64,000 nt of DNA from Antechinus flavipes (lineage: Eukaryota): the NCBI RefSeq assembly GCF_016432865.1, contig NC_067400.1, positions 606,360,001-606,424,000 on the forward strand, in the 5' to 3' direction. Within the stretch, counting starts at the first letter, position 1. Each line of letters opens with the position of its first letter. This document shows, piece after piece, positions 12,585-24,490 of the stretch. The position numbers were made by a program, and so were the translations under genes. Under the pieces are notes generated by a model. The model was not told the DNA's origin. It saw only the letters and a program-made list of their open reading frames with translations, and searched no databases.

Positions 12585-12740
12585 TCAGTCAGTCATTCAA
12601 TCAATAAGCATTTATCACTGTCCTACTATGTGCCAGGCACTGTGCTAGGGATATAAAAAAAGGCAAAAAGAACCAAAACACCCCTCTGATCTCAAGGATC
12701 TTATATTTTAATGGGGAAAACACTATAGATGAAGTTAATA
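12585..12740 (-). mobile_element. L2 3' end
   Basis: cattcaatcaataagcatttat...ctactatgtgccaggcactgtgcta...ctcaaggatcttatatttta. Confidence 0.8.
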
Positions 12741-13020
12741 GAGGTTACATACAAAGCCCATAAAAAGTAGATATGAAGCACTAGAGGCTGAGGAATCCTG
12801 GATGTGAGACAGAGAGAGAAAGAGACAAGCAGAGACACACAGAGAGACAGAGGCAAAATTATTTTGAGATCTTGGCTGATAGAAAAGCTAAAGACCACTT
12901 TTTAGATATTAATTTAAATTTACTTACTTTTGATAACTAGATGCAAGAATTGGGCTTTTAAGGAAGCAAAGAAGCCAGACTTGATGATCCAAGGTAAGTA
13001 TCAAAAAGACTTACCTCTTT

Positions 13021-13905
13021 CCACTATAGACCTTTCAAACTGGCTAAGATGACAGAAAAAGATAATGAAGACTGTTGGAAGGGATGTGGTAAAACTGGGA
13101 CACGAATACATTGTTGGTAGAGTTGTGAACTGATTCAACCATTCTGGAGAGGAATTTGGAACTATGCTCAAAAGGCTATCAAACTGTGCATACCCTTTGG
13201 TTCAGCAAAGCCATTAATGGGCTTATATCCCAAAGAGATCTTAAAGTAGGGAAAGGGACCCACATGTGCAAAAATGTTTGTAGCAGCCCTTTCTGTAGTG
13301 GCAAGTAATTGGAAACTGGGTGGATGCCCTTCAGCTGGAAAATGGCTGAATTATGATAAATGAATGTTATGGAATATTATTGTTCTGTAAGAAATGATTG
13401 TAAAGGCCTGGAGAAACTTACAATGAACTGATACTAAATGAAGTGAGTAGAACCAAGAGAGCATTGTTCACAGCAGCAACAAGATTATGTGATGATCAAC
13501 TGTGATGGATTTGGCTCTTCAACAATGAGATGATTCAGGCCAGTTCCAAGGATCTTGTGATGAAGAGAGACATCTGCACCCAGAGAGAGGATTGTGGGAA
13601 CTGAGGGTGGACCACAACGTAGTATATTTGCCTTTTTGTTATTGTTTCCTTGATTTTTTTCTTTCTCATTTTTTTCCTTTTTGTTCTGATTTTTCTTGTG
13701 TACCAAATAATTGTAGAAATATGTATAGAAGAATTGCACATGTTTAACCTATATTAGATTACTTGCTGTCTAGGGGAAGGGGTGGGGGGAAGAGAGGGAG
13801 AAAAATTTGAAACACAAAGTTTTGCAAAGAAGAATGCTGAAAACAATCTTTGCATATATTTTGAAAATAAAAAGCTATTATTAAAAATAAAAAAGTAAAT
13901 ATTGC
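13021..13905 (+). mobile_element. 5'-truncated L1 (ORF2 C-terminal Cys domain remnant, 3' UTR, A-rich tail)
   Basis: From 13040: LAKMTEKDNEDCWKGCGKTGTRIHCW*SCELIQPFWRGIWNYAQKAIKLCIPF..MGLYPKEI, matching the L1 ORF2 C-terminus, with an in-frame stop. Confidence 0.95.
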
Positions 13906-14894
13906 AGGCTTCAAAAAATCTAAATGTATATAATAAAGATTTACTTCCACTTTCAATTACTATTCCCCTTCTCCAACACACACACACACACACACACATA
14001 CATTCTTCACTTAGTCTCTTTAAGAATTTTTTTCTTCCATTTAGAAAATGGGGGCTGTGATATTCAAGTTTCTTCACAGCAAACATAAAGTCATAGAGGT
14101 TGAGCTGAAAGGGATAAGTGTCCCTTTCCCTCTCATTTGACAAAAGAGGCCCAAAGAAGGGAATTCATTTTCTCAAGTTTACACAGTTGTGAAGCATCAA
14201 AGACAGGATTTGAACCCCCATGTCCACTGACTTCAGAGCCCTGAGTCTCTCCATCATGCCATTTGCTTAAGCATCATTGCTCAGAATGCACTGGAATCCT
14301 GCCCTCCATGACAGCGAGACTTTCATGTGCTTAATAGCTAAGTAGTTCATTTGCCTTTATTATCTGGTTGGTCAGAACATCTATTTCTCTCACCCCGAAT
14401 CAAAGCATTTTCATCAAATGAAGTCATTTTCTTTATGAGATTCACAATTTGTCCATTGCCCCTCCCTCCCCCATTATTATGATTTTTTTTCCTCCTTAGC
14501 TCTACTTCTCATAATACCTAATTTCTCTAAGACGCAATTGAGGTGGAACCCTTTTCCGATCTCCCAATCTCTGTTAGCATTCTTTCTCATCTCAGGTGGC
14601 CATTTAAACACTGATCTGGTTACCGGTGTTTCTTTCCAAGACGAAATGGATTCTCTGAGAGCAGATGACGTCTTCAGAACGTTGTCTTGGTATCTCATAG
14701 AATCATAGAATTATAGAATTGAGTTAGAAGAGACCTCATCTGCCATCTAGTCCAACTCATAAATAAAAGAATCTTTTCTGTGACATACCCAACAAATGGT
14801 CATTCTGACTGGGGCTTGAAGTCTTCAAGGAAGGGGAATTGACCACTTCTCAAGAAAAGCCATTCAACTTTTGAAGTACTCTCAGAATTTTTTT

Positions 14895-15225
14895 CTGTAC
14901 ATCCTCTGTATGTATCTCTGTATCTCTCTATCTCTCTGTCTCGGTCTCGCCTCTGCATCTGCTTCTGTCTGTCCTTCTCTCTCTTCCCTTTCCTCCCTCT
15001 TCTTTTCTATATCTTTTTCTCCTGTCTCTGTCTCTGTCTGTCTTTGTCTTTCTGTATTTCTGCCTCTCTGTGTCTCTCTGTTTCTCTTTTCTTTCTTCTC
15101 TCTCTCTTTGTCTCTGTCTCTATTTCTCTCTGTGTGTCTTTATCTCTACCTCTGTCTCCATCTCTGTCTCTCTCTGTCTTTGTCTCCATCCATTCATCTT
15201 TATCTCTGTCTGTCTCACTTTTCCC
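14895..15225. repeat. CT-rich (CTCTGT)n compound tract inside L3
   Basis: Direct reading. Confidence 0.95.
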
Positions 15226-15734
15226 CAGCTCAACTGGAAAGGGATTAGACCTTACTTTGTACCTCTTTGTTTTCCCTACGTTTGTTCCTGGTCCCTGCCC
15301 TCTGGGGCCAAATACAGCAGGCTTAATCTTTCTTCTCCACAACCCTTGCGTCTTAGAGACATCTATCTTGACCTTCCCTGAATCCTTTAGTCAATTCATA
15401 TGTAATAGAAATTCAAGAACCTTTACCATCCTCATTGTTGTCCTCTGCACATTCTCCAGCTCCTCAATGCCTTGTTTAAGTTGTGGTACCCAGAACCAAA
15501 CACAGTACTCCAGAGAAGGGTTGACACAGGCAGAATACAACAGGATTATGACCAACAACTAGCATTTTATATGATTCTTAAAGGCTTCACAAGTTTTATA
15601 TATATGTTATCTCATTTGAAAAGTTACATCACTAACCTATTTCTGGAAACTCAACCCCTTTGGACACAGTCCAAGATCCCATTTTCTTTTTTGGCTGCTA
15701 TAACAAATTGTTGACTTATTTTGCACTTGTTCTG

Positions 15735-15995
15735 GATGTTGTTGTTTAGTTATTTCAGTTATATCTGACTTTTCCTGATCCCCTTTGGAGCTCTTTTGTT
15801 AGAGATACTGGAATGGCTTACCATTTCCTTCTCCAGCTCATTTTACAGATGAAGAAACTGAGGTAAGCAGAGTGACAAGATTTGCTTAGGGTCACTGAGC
15901 TAGCAAGTGTCTGAGGACAGATTTAAACTCATGAAAATGAGACTTCCTGACTCCAGAGCCAGTGTTCTACGCACTATAGCATTTCCTAGCTGATT
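15735..15995 (-). mobile_element. MAR1-type SINE nested in L3
   Basis: tgttgttgtttagttatttcag...ccatttccttctccagctcattttacagatgaagaaactgagg...cttcctgactccag. Confidence 0.85.
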
Positions 15996-16649
15996 GTATT
16001 TTGAGTTTGTAGTTGCTGAAGCTCCCAAATCCTTTTCAGAACAACTGCCACCTATATCCATGCTTCCTCCATCTTATTATTTGTGGAGCTTATATTTTTG
16101 TACTAAAATGCAAAATTTTTACCTTTGTTTCTATTGATTTTCATCTTGCTAGTCTTCTCAATATTCCAACCAAGTACTTATGCATCCTGATTCTATCATT
16201 TAGTGTGTTATCTCTAGTCATTTGCAAATGCCTTTATTGAAGCAATTAATAAACATGTTAAATACCCTCTGTGTAAGTATATTGTACATAATATACAATG
16301 TACTATTTTATGTCCTAGTATAGTACCCTGGAACACTTTTTGCCACACTGACATGGAACATTAACAACTACTCTTTGAGTCTGGATATCCAATCAAAATA
16401 ATCTTATCACATTATCTTCTAATCCATATCTTACCAGAAGAATAGTGAAATAGCTTATCAAAAACTTTGCTAAAATCTAGATAAACGCTATCTTCCCTAA
16501 AGCACTTTTCTAGCTTAGTCATTCTGTTGAAAAGGAGGTGAGGTTAGTTCAGGTTGGTCATTCAGACTGAGATGGTAGAAGGACTCTGACCTTAGTTCCC
16601 TACTGAATCAATTAACTCCCTCCCCATTCTTGCAGACTTGAGAAAGTGA

Positions 16650-16930
16650 GAGGAGTCTAGGAAGCAAACAGGGAAATTACACCTTGCGGGAATCATGTTT
16701 TCTAGAAGGCACAGGCTGGGTTTTCATTGCATTCTGTCTGGAGGCCAGGAGCAGCCTTGTCCCTCTGCCATAAATCTGTAATGAATCTCACTTGTCAATG
16801 TTGACAGCAATATGGGAAGTATTCAAGACTGCAGCCCCATTTACAGGGTCTTTTACAACACCTTCTGCCTGAGAGACAGAGATTAATTCTGCCACCACGG
16901 CCACTCCCGATCATACCCTAGATGAACCCC
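16650..16930. promoter_or_regulatory. Candidate enhancer
   Basis: Repeat-free; CCATAAAT 16768, inverted TALE sites TGTCAA-TG-TTGACA 16793-16806, GATTAATT ~16881. Function is inferred. Confidence 0.4.
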
Positions 16931-17119
16931 TTGTTCCAGACCTAGAGAAGCAAACAGAGTATCTCAACCGAGATAGAGTGGTGAAAAGATTAAGACTCAG
17001 GAGCCTTGGATTCTAATCCCAGTTCTACCAAGAGACCCTTGTTCGAAATGGACTAGTGGGACTTGGAAGATGAACAAACTGACCAAGATCCTTTGTTTAT
17101 GTGAATAGTATGTGTCCAT

Positions 17120-17224
17120 ATTTACCATTTTAGAAATGAAAACGTCTTAATATTATGAAAATATTTTCACCTTTTAGATCCCTGAAAGGTCTTGAAGAGC
17201 CCAGACTATACTTTGAAAACCCTG
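17120..17224 (+). mobile_element. hAT-Charlie-type DNA transposon end within a MIR
   Basis: aatattatgaaaatattttcacc...ccctgaaaggtc...tactttgaaaaccctg resembles Charlie/MER ends; MIR sequence lies on both sides. Confidence 0.5.
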
Positions 17225-17384
17225 ATTGACCTGATGTTGAACAAATCACTCAGCCTTTCATTATCCAAATAATAATAAACTTCCCTTGCAAGATTGCCAG
17301 GAGAATTAAATGGGATAATGTATGATGCTTTAAAAATCTTAAAGTATCTTAAAATAGATAGTATTATAAATTATCATTATTATT

Positions 17385-17620
17385 AATAGTGGTAGTAGCT
17401 AAATGGCACAATGGATAGGTATAAGTTCAAATTCATCTTAAGATATTTTTACCTATATCACCCTGGTTAAATCATGTAACCTCTTTGTCAGTTTTCTCAT
17501 CTGTAAAATGGGGACAAAAATAACATCTATCTCCAAGAATTATTGTGAAGATAAAATGAAATTATATTTCTAGAGTGCTTGTAAGTTTTAGAAATATTAA
17601 TAATTGTTAGGATTATAAAA
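17385..17620 (+). mobile_element. MIR SINE
   Basis: CORE cagttttctcatctgtaaaatggggac and MIR tail. Confidence 0.75.
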
Positions 17621-18044
17621 CTGTATTCTAATGGCAGTTTACTGGATGGCTTAATCCCAAACTGTCACATGAAAACAATAGCATTGTCATAGAAGGGATG
17701 TATGCTCTGAAAAACTCATAATGAGTAGCTTAATTTTTAAGGATATCCTATTATTCTCAAAGGAATATTACATACATTTTATAAAGATATTTCCTCAGCC
17801 ATTCTCCATTTTCTTTGCATGAAGACTGTCTTATAGATGAGTTATTTGGGATGAGACATTTTTCTTTTTTGGACTTACATCTTCTCTACCTCTCCAAGAT
17901 CTGCTGCTTTATGCATTTGGATTTTGCCTACAGGGTTGCACATATCACACAATCCACCCATGTTTCTCCCTTATATCTTCCTTGTCTGTTGAGGTCCACC
18001 TGAGTTCTCCACATCTGGAACATCAACAGCTAAATTCACATTTA

Positions 18045-18260
18045 TTTTTAATTGCTTTTTTATTAAAGCTTTTTAATTTTCAAAAGATATGCACGGATAA
18101 TTTTTCAACATTAACCCTTGCAAAACCTTGTGTTCCAATTTTCCTTCCCTTTCCCCTTGCCCTCTCCTAGATGGCAAGTAATCCAATATATGTTAAACAT
18201 GGTAGAAATATATATGCTAAGTCCAATTAAATTCACATTTAAAACAATTTTTAAAGATGT
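18045..18260 (-). mobile_element. L1 3' end fragment
   Basis: tttttcaacattaacccttgcaaaaccttgtgttccaattt...ctagatggcaagtaatccaatatatgttaaacat. Confidence 0.9.
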
Positions 18261-18399
18261 GATTTTTAACCTCCATTTTCCACCATGATGTAATCTCTTA
18301 CAAAATAAAAAGAGGGCCTCCCTCTTTTTGTTTTGCTTTGTGTTATGCGATATCATGAATAAAGAGTTCGCTATCAAGTGACCAGCAAGCTGGTAAGTG

Positions 18400-19230
18400 A
18401 GCCCCTCTGGTCAATTAGTCAACCAACAAATAAATCCCAATCAATGAGCACTTAAGCTTTTAAAAAATTTTAATACTTTTCCCCCAATTACATGTAAAAA
18501 CAATTTTAACATTCATTAAAAAAATGAGTTCCAGATCCTTTCTTTTCCTTCCTTCCCTTTCCCTTTTCTAAACAATAAGCAATTTGATACAGGTCACACA
18601 TGTACAATCAAAGCATTCACAGTAGACTCGTAGGGATATAAAGAAAAAGTGAAACAGTCCCTGCCCTCAGAGGACTTATATTCTACCTGGAAAACAACAT
18701 TCATGAATACAGAATGAGTAAATACAAAATACAAAAGTGAAAGATTGGGAATAGAGGAAGATAATTGTTCTGGGGAATTGTAAGATCTTTCATGGTAAGT
18801 GTCAGTTCTTGCACTGACTTCTGAAGAAATCTAGAGATTTTAAGAGGCACAGATAAGGAAAGAGTGTCTTCCTGGCAGGAGGGACAGTCTAGGCAAAGAT
18901 ATGAAGGTGAGATTATGGATGAGGAAGAGTGAAATAGATCATTCTGTCTGTAATGAAGAGTTCATGATTATCGCAGAAAGGGCTGTTGAATGTAGATTGC
19001 AAAGGTTTTCAATGTCGCTGGAGTTTGAGTATGATTCTCAAGTCAATAGGGAACCATAGAAGCTTTTTGAGCAGGTGAGCGACATGGTCAGATCTGTGCT
19101 TTAAGAAAATCACCTTGGCAGTCAGGGAGAAACCGGCTCGGGGAGCCCAATTAGGAGACTCTTTCTATAATCCAGGGAAGATACTCTGGAGAAAATCTTC
19201 TGAGGACACATCTTAAAGGGACAGAAATAG
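18400..19230 (-). mobile_element. L2 fragment, interrupted at about 18470-18610 by an older L1 3' piece
   Basis: gtgaaacagtccctgccctcagagg...gaaccatagaagctttttgagcagg...catggtcagatctgtgctttaagaaaatcac. Confidence 0.75.
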
Positions 19231-19399
19231 CCGAATCACGAACGGTCTTTGAACTTGTCCCTTACTGCTTGCTGTAAGAAGGCAGCAGAGGGATCGCCTT
19301 CAGCATCGGATCTTATCTAAAGTAGGAGGCTGCTCAGACTTTGGCTTCCCTCCTCTGGGTTTCATATCCAAAACAATTTCTGTCCAAGACGGGGGAAAA

Positions 19400-19620
19400 C
19401 ACAGAGAGAGAGAGAGCCTGGCCAATCCACGGCCGATGGCTGACAACACAGAGCCCGTTTCCACCCCGACCCTTGCTCCGCTGACATTCCGCCCGTTAAT
19501 TCTCCAGTCCCATGTTTCCATGAAGACGTCAGTCACACTGGCAGTGTTTGTATCCGCTCTTAATGCCAGATCACGGGGTGAAAGCGCAGGATTTGAATCT
19601 CCAAACCCCCAGGAGATGGA
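19400..19620. promoter_or_regulatory. Small CpG-retaining element, candidate enhancer
   Basis: About a dozen CpGs in 220 bp against a CpG-poor background; GCCAATC 19421, GACGTCA 19525, CCGTTAATT ~19493. Confidence 0.4.
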
Positions 19621-19939
19621 GCAGAATATATTCAGTCTAGAAATGTCAAGGATAAGTGCTTTGGAAAAAAAAATATAGTAGAGAGGGTTTTTGCTATTAA
19701 CAAATAATCCACAATATAGTGCCACTGATCTGATACAAGGATCTGGCCCCTGAATTTGGACAGGGCCTTTTGATCCAGCTCCCAGAAGACGAGTGGGGTG
19801 CCATTGTTGGCAGAGGCTGAAACAGAGATGAAGGAAGGAAGATCCCAAGCTAGAATCTGAGCTCTCCACCTGGTGTTTTAGCCTGCACAAAACCTATACA
19901 CCCTGCCCTGGCCTCCTATTCATTAATGAATTTCAAAGG

Positions 19940-20110
19940 CTCTGTGAAGTTGGAAATTTTAAGATTTTGATAACTACATTGCAACATAATCGGTTTTCTT
20001 TATAATCCTACGGATTTTATTTTGTGCTTTAAAATCATGATTCTTAAGACAGGATCCATAGGCTTCATCAGACTGTTTAAGTGCCCAGAACACACACATG
20101 AAAGGTTAGG
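19940..20110 (+). mobile_element. hAT-Charlie-type fragment
   Basis: ataatcggttttctttataatcct...ggatccataggcttcatcagactg...aaaggttagg resembles MER/Charlie 3' ends. Confidence 0.5.
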
Positions 20111-20207
20111 TACCTCTGCTCTGAACTGTACTCAATTAAAATTCTTTTTAAAAATGAGTTCAGTAAACTTGGTTTAAAACATATGTGCAAGCATATGCAC
20201 ACATTTC

Positions 20208-20218
20208 TCTCTCCCTCT

Positions 20219-20283
<65 letters not shown>
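20208..20283. repeat. (CT)n(CA)n microsatellite
   Basis: Direct reading. Confidence 0.95.
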
Positions 20284-20285
<2 letters not shown>

Positions 20286-21469
20286 CTCCAAATGAACCAG
20301 TTTGAACTGAAATCAAAGGGCTATGTTTTTTGGATTGTACTGTATTTTGTGGGAATTTAAGCAGAGACATTAACCAGCAATATTTGCACCCAAGACAAGA
20401 AGTATGAAATCCCTATTTAATTCAACTTAATGGAGAGGATGTACTGGTGACCCTGAGATACCACAAAGCTCTTCATCTGCTATTAATTGGGAATGGGGTA
20501 GGGATAGGGCTGGGTAGCGTTATCTGATCATTGTCACTGGGAGGAAGAAACCACATTCTATATTAATTTTGTTGTTAGACTCAAGTGTTGCTGTGTTACT
20601 GAAGAAGTAAAAGGTCTGTGAATGCTCATGCTATATTTCAGTGCCTTGGCACAAAGCTCTAATCATCTCACCTTAGTTACAATGTTGATTGAATCATGGA
20701 AGCATCATTTGAATAAAAAATAATAGGGATAGTTTTGTTTTGGTAAACAAAACCATTTATTCTGAATATGTGTCCTAATCCATTCCATTATAGGGGATGG
20801 TTAAGTGATATAATAGTTAATCGGGGGTACACGTTCCTTAAGGCATGGAAGAGGCAACATTGTATATGTACACACACATACTTATAGGTATATAGACACA
20901 TATGTGTATATGTGTATGTATATATACATATGTGTGAATATATTTGTATGTAGGTAGATACAGATACGAATGTTGACCACTGTCTCAGAATTTAAATCTT
21001 TTTTCCCATATTTAAAACTCGCAATATCTTCAATTTCCTTTATGTAAAATGAGAGGGCTGGAATATATGATCCTTGAGATCTCCTCCAGCTTAATCTAAA
21101 TCTAGAAAAGGCCTTTGTGCCCCCTTCTCCCTTTTAGAAAAATAGGAATACTGAAGCCTAGATGAAAGGGGAAATAATGTTTACAAGATCACTTAGGTGG
21201 CAAGCTACAAAGCTGGGATCTGAGTCAATGTTTTTTTATTTTGTTCTGTTTTAAATGCGATTCCAAATCCATTCATTTCTTACTATTCTATGTCTTGGAA
21301 GGATATTCTCAAACTGGAGACCAACCAAAATGTCTCAGGGTATCGAGTCTCTAGCACATGAGCTTCAGCAGAATTAACTGGAGATGTTTAGATTGTAAGA
21401 AGAAAGAAGAAAAGACACAAGGTTGGTAGGAAGTAGAAGAAAACAGTGTGAATGGAAATGATAGCTGTC

Positions 21470-21760
21470 TTCTAGTACTTAAAAAAAATGCTATCCTGGA
21501 AGAGATTTTGTTATGTTTGGCAGAGCCAGGGCAGAACCAGGATAATTGAATGTAATTTGCAGAGGCAGAATTCAGTTCAGTGGAGAGAAGAACTTTCTTG
21601 TAGTCCCAACTATCTAACATCACGACAGACTGCCTTGGGAAACAAGAACTTCTTTCTTTGAAATGTCCAGACAGGCTCTAGATATTCCCAGGGATGCCAA
21701 GGAAGAGATTTCTAATCTTGGAGGGATATCAGATTTAGGGATCCTCTTCGTGATATCGTG
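21470..21760 (+). mobile_element. L3/CR1 3' fragment
   Basis: gccagggcagaaccagg...gcagaattcagttcagtggagagaagaactttcttg...cagactgccttggga. Confidence 0.65.
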
Positions 21761-21924
21761 ATTCCTACTTGTCCAATGTGCTAACTAAAAAGTTTCCAGA
21801 GACATAATTTTGAGGTGATTAAATCATTCTATTAATAAAACATGTTTATTAATAAAAGAATATTCATTTGGCCATCTCTGTTAGATTAAAAGACTATCAT
21901 GGTGGCAAGTTCCTAATTTATATA

Positions 21925-22100
21925 AGATCAAAGAAGATCAAAAAGGAAAGAAAATGAGCAACAAAACAAAATGCAAACAAACAACATCATATAGAGTGAG
22001 AATGTTATATTGTGAACCACATTCAGTCCAGTTCCACAGTCCTCTCTCCAGGTGTAGATGGCTCTCTTCATCACACGATCATTGGAACTGGCATCAATCG
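21925..22100 (-). mobile_element. L1 3' UTR fragment
   Basis: gatcaaaaagg...cagtcctctctccaggtgtagatggctctcttcatcacacgatcattggaactggc. Confidence 0.9.
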
Positions 22101-22312
22101 AGATTGAAGTTTTGAAAATAGAAGAGAGGGGAAACTCCAAATTTCCCCAAATAACTAACTTTTAATAATAATCTCTCTCATCATATAGTGTGCACTTGGA
22201 GGCATTTTTCTTTAAGGGTTTGTAGGTTGGGATCAATGTGTTTATCTTGTCTCCTTTCTTAGAATCTCTGTTCACTGAAGCTCAGAGTCTTCTCTTTCTT
22301 ACAAATATACTC

Positions 22313-22563
22313 ACAGGGGAAGCCAGCTGACACATGGACAGAGGTCTAGACCTAGATTAAAAAAGACTCATCTTCCTGAGTTCAAATTCAGCCTCCGATA
22401 CGTCCTAACTATGTGACCCTGGGCAAGTCACTTAATCTTAACTTGCCTCATTTCCTCAACAATAAAATGAATTGGAGGAGAAAATGGCAAACCATTCCAG
22501 TATCTCTGCCAAGAAAACCCCAAATGGAGTCATGAAGAACTGAACAGAATTGAATAACAATAA
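22313..22563 (+). mobile_element. MAR1-type SINE
   Basis: actcatcttcctgagttcaaat...gtgaccctgggcaagtcactt...gccaagaaaaccccaaatggagtcatg. Confidence 0.85.
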
Positions 22564-22614
22564 CACAGTGACTTGAGTTAAATCATGGTTCTCATTAAAT
22601 GTTGATGGATTGAT

Positions 22615-22629
22615 TCACACACACACGCA

Positions 22630-22679
<50 letters not shown>

Positions 22680-22688
22680 TACACACAC
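22615..22688. repeat. (CA)n microsatellite
   Basis: Direct reading. Confidence 0.95.
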
Positions 22689-23269
22689 AGGAGCTTGGAA
22701 ATAAGGGACTGGTTCTGTCACTCAGTACCTCATTTTAACTTAACTGGAAGATCTACTATCCTGACCTCTGCAGGTGATGAACCATGGGAAAGCTGATGAT
22801 CCCCTCCATCTTATGATGATTTTAAGGAACATCTTGAACCGTCTTATTTTTTGATATTTCTTAACTAAATTCTCATGACATTCTGGGCTTGAAGCCAGAA
22901 AGAGCAGGGTTCAGATTCCACCTTAAACACTTACTAGTTCTGTGATTATGAGCAAACCATTGAACATTTATTCATCTAATTTTCCTGATCTATAAAATGG
23001 GGATAAAAATATAGTAAGCACCCCCCAGGAGGCAATATGGTATAGTAGAAGACTCCGGGTTCAATTTCTGTTGGTGATACGTACTATCTGTTTAATTCTG
23101 AGCAATGTTTCAAGGAACTTTCTAAGATTGTAAAAGCAAATAGAATGTCATCTTACAACTGTAAAGGGAATTTCCTCTATCATCCAGAAATTCTCTTTAA
23201 TCAAGGAAATTAAAGATCTAGTCACTATTCTCCTGATACCTGTCTCACTAAGACACAAAATGAAATAAT

Positions 23270-23400
23270 CTATATAGTCCATCAGTTTACAAGCATTTAT
23301 AAAGTGCTTACTATGTACCAGGTACTGTGCTAAGTGCTAGGGATATATACACAAGGAAAAAAGAACAATTTCTGCCCTCAAGAAACTTACATTCTAATGG
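23270..23400 (-). mobile_element. L2 3' end
   Basis: acaagcatttataaagtgcttactatgtaccaggtactgtgctaagtgc...ccctcaagaaacttacattcta. Confidence 0.85.
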
Positions 23401-24239
23401 CAAATAAAAGTGAAGAAACAAATTCAGGACCAGAGCCAGGATAGGAATGTTGAATGACCAGTTTCCCTCAAAATAGAGATTCAAGAAGGGGCTCACCAAT
23501 GGAAAAATGTGGATGGATGGATGGGAAAATTTTCCAGCGTGAGAAGAAAGACCACAGGAGCTGAGGGAATTTCTAGGTTGAGAAGGAAGCTAGGTCATGT
23601 TAGAGAAGGGCTAGAGAAATGTTAATTACTGGGAGGAGGAACAGTGAAGTGCTGATTTTTTAAATGGTGCATTGAATCTCAGTAATAATTGACATTTTCT
23701 CTGGGATCCTGAACCAACTGCATAAAAATGGTCGGAATAAACTCTGCCTGTTGTAACTATTAGAAAGAAAAAAGAACAATTAGCAAAAACCTTTATCGGA
23801 CACCTGTTTGCCTTGGGCTCCACTGGGGAGCCAGTATCCTTAATAACTATAAGTAATGACTCACCTAGTTATGGTATCTTTCACTAGGGAGAGTGAATCT
23901 GTCTCTAATCCCACTAACTATCCTTACTCTTCTCCTTTGCCTCAAATCAATGCAATTCCTAAATATCCTTCAAGGCTCCACTCGGGTCCAGGGAATTTTG
24001 CCTTAGCACTCAGGCTTTGAGGATTTTAGAGCTCTTCTCAGAATTCCTATAGTGCTAAAAGTTTGTAACATTTAATTGTGAGATTGTAGAATGTCAACAC
24101 TAGCAGAATATGTCATGTCATCATTTGAATTCTGATCCATCTGATGTTAAGTCAAGCATTCTGTCTATTGGGTTTCCCAAGCCACAATTTTTTTTTTTTT
24201 TCCTATTTGGGTTATAAGTTATATAGAGCTCAAAGAAAT

Positions 24240-24490
24240 CAGCTCTGGAAGGGACCTTAAAATACACAATCTTAGCTAGAAAGAACACAGAATGTCAGGG
24301 CCTGGAGGGTCCTTAAAACAGGAGATGTCAGAGCTGGGAGGGACTTAGAACAAGGAATGTCAGCCCTGGGGGAAGGTCTCAGAACAAGGAATGTCAGCCC
24401 TGGGGGAAGGTCTCAGAACAAGGAATGTCAGAGCTGGAAGGATCTTAGAACAGGGAATGTCAGAACTGGGAGGGATTTAGATATCACAGG
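24240..24490 (-). repeat. Tandem array (31-34 bp unit) of the MIR3/CR1 3'-terminal motif
   Basis: g(a)atgtcag..ctgg..gg..cttagaaca unit starts at 24290, 24324, 24355, 24389, 24423, 24455; abuts a minus-strand MIR at 24510-24680. Confidence 0.9.

Larger units (their letters stand above)
14690..16560 (-). mobile_element. Long L3/CR1 fragment with nested insertions
   Basis: Starts with catagaatcatagaattatagaa (reverse CR1 tail). Continues after the CT tract (ccctctggggccaa...ggtacccagaaccaaacacagtactccaga) and after the SINE at 15735-15995. Confidence 0.75.

Noticed and set aside
19300-19890. 196-aa minus-strand ORF
   Set aside because: No recognisable domain or splice context; crosses a (GA)n tract; a chance ORF
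24290-24487. CRISPR-like ~33-bp periodicity
   Set aside because: Units are contiguous with no unique spacers, the context is eukaryotic, and the unit is the MIR3/CR1 tail
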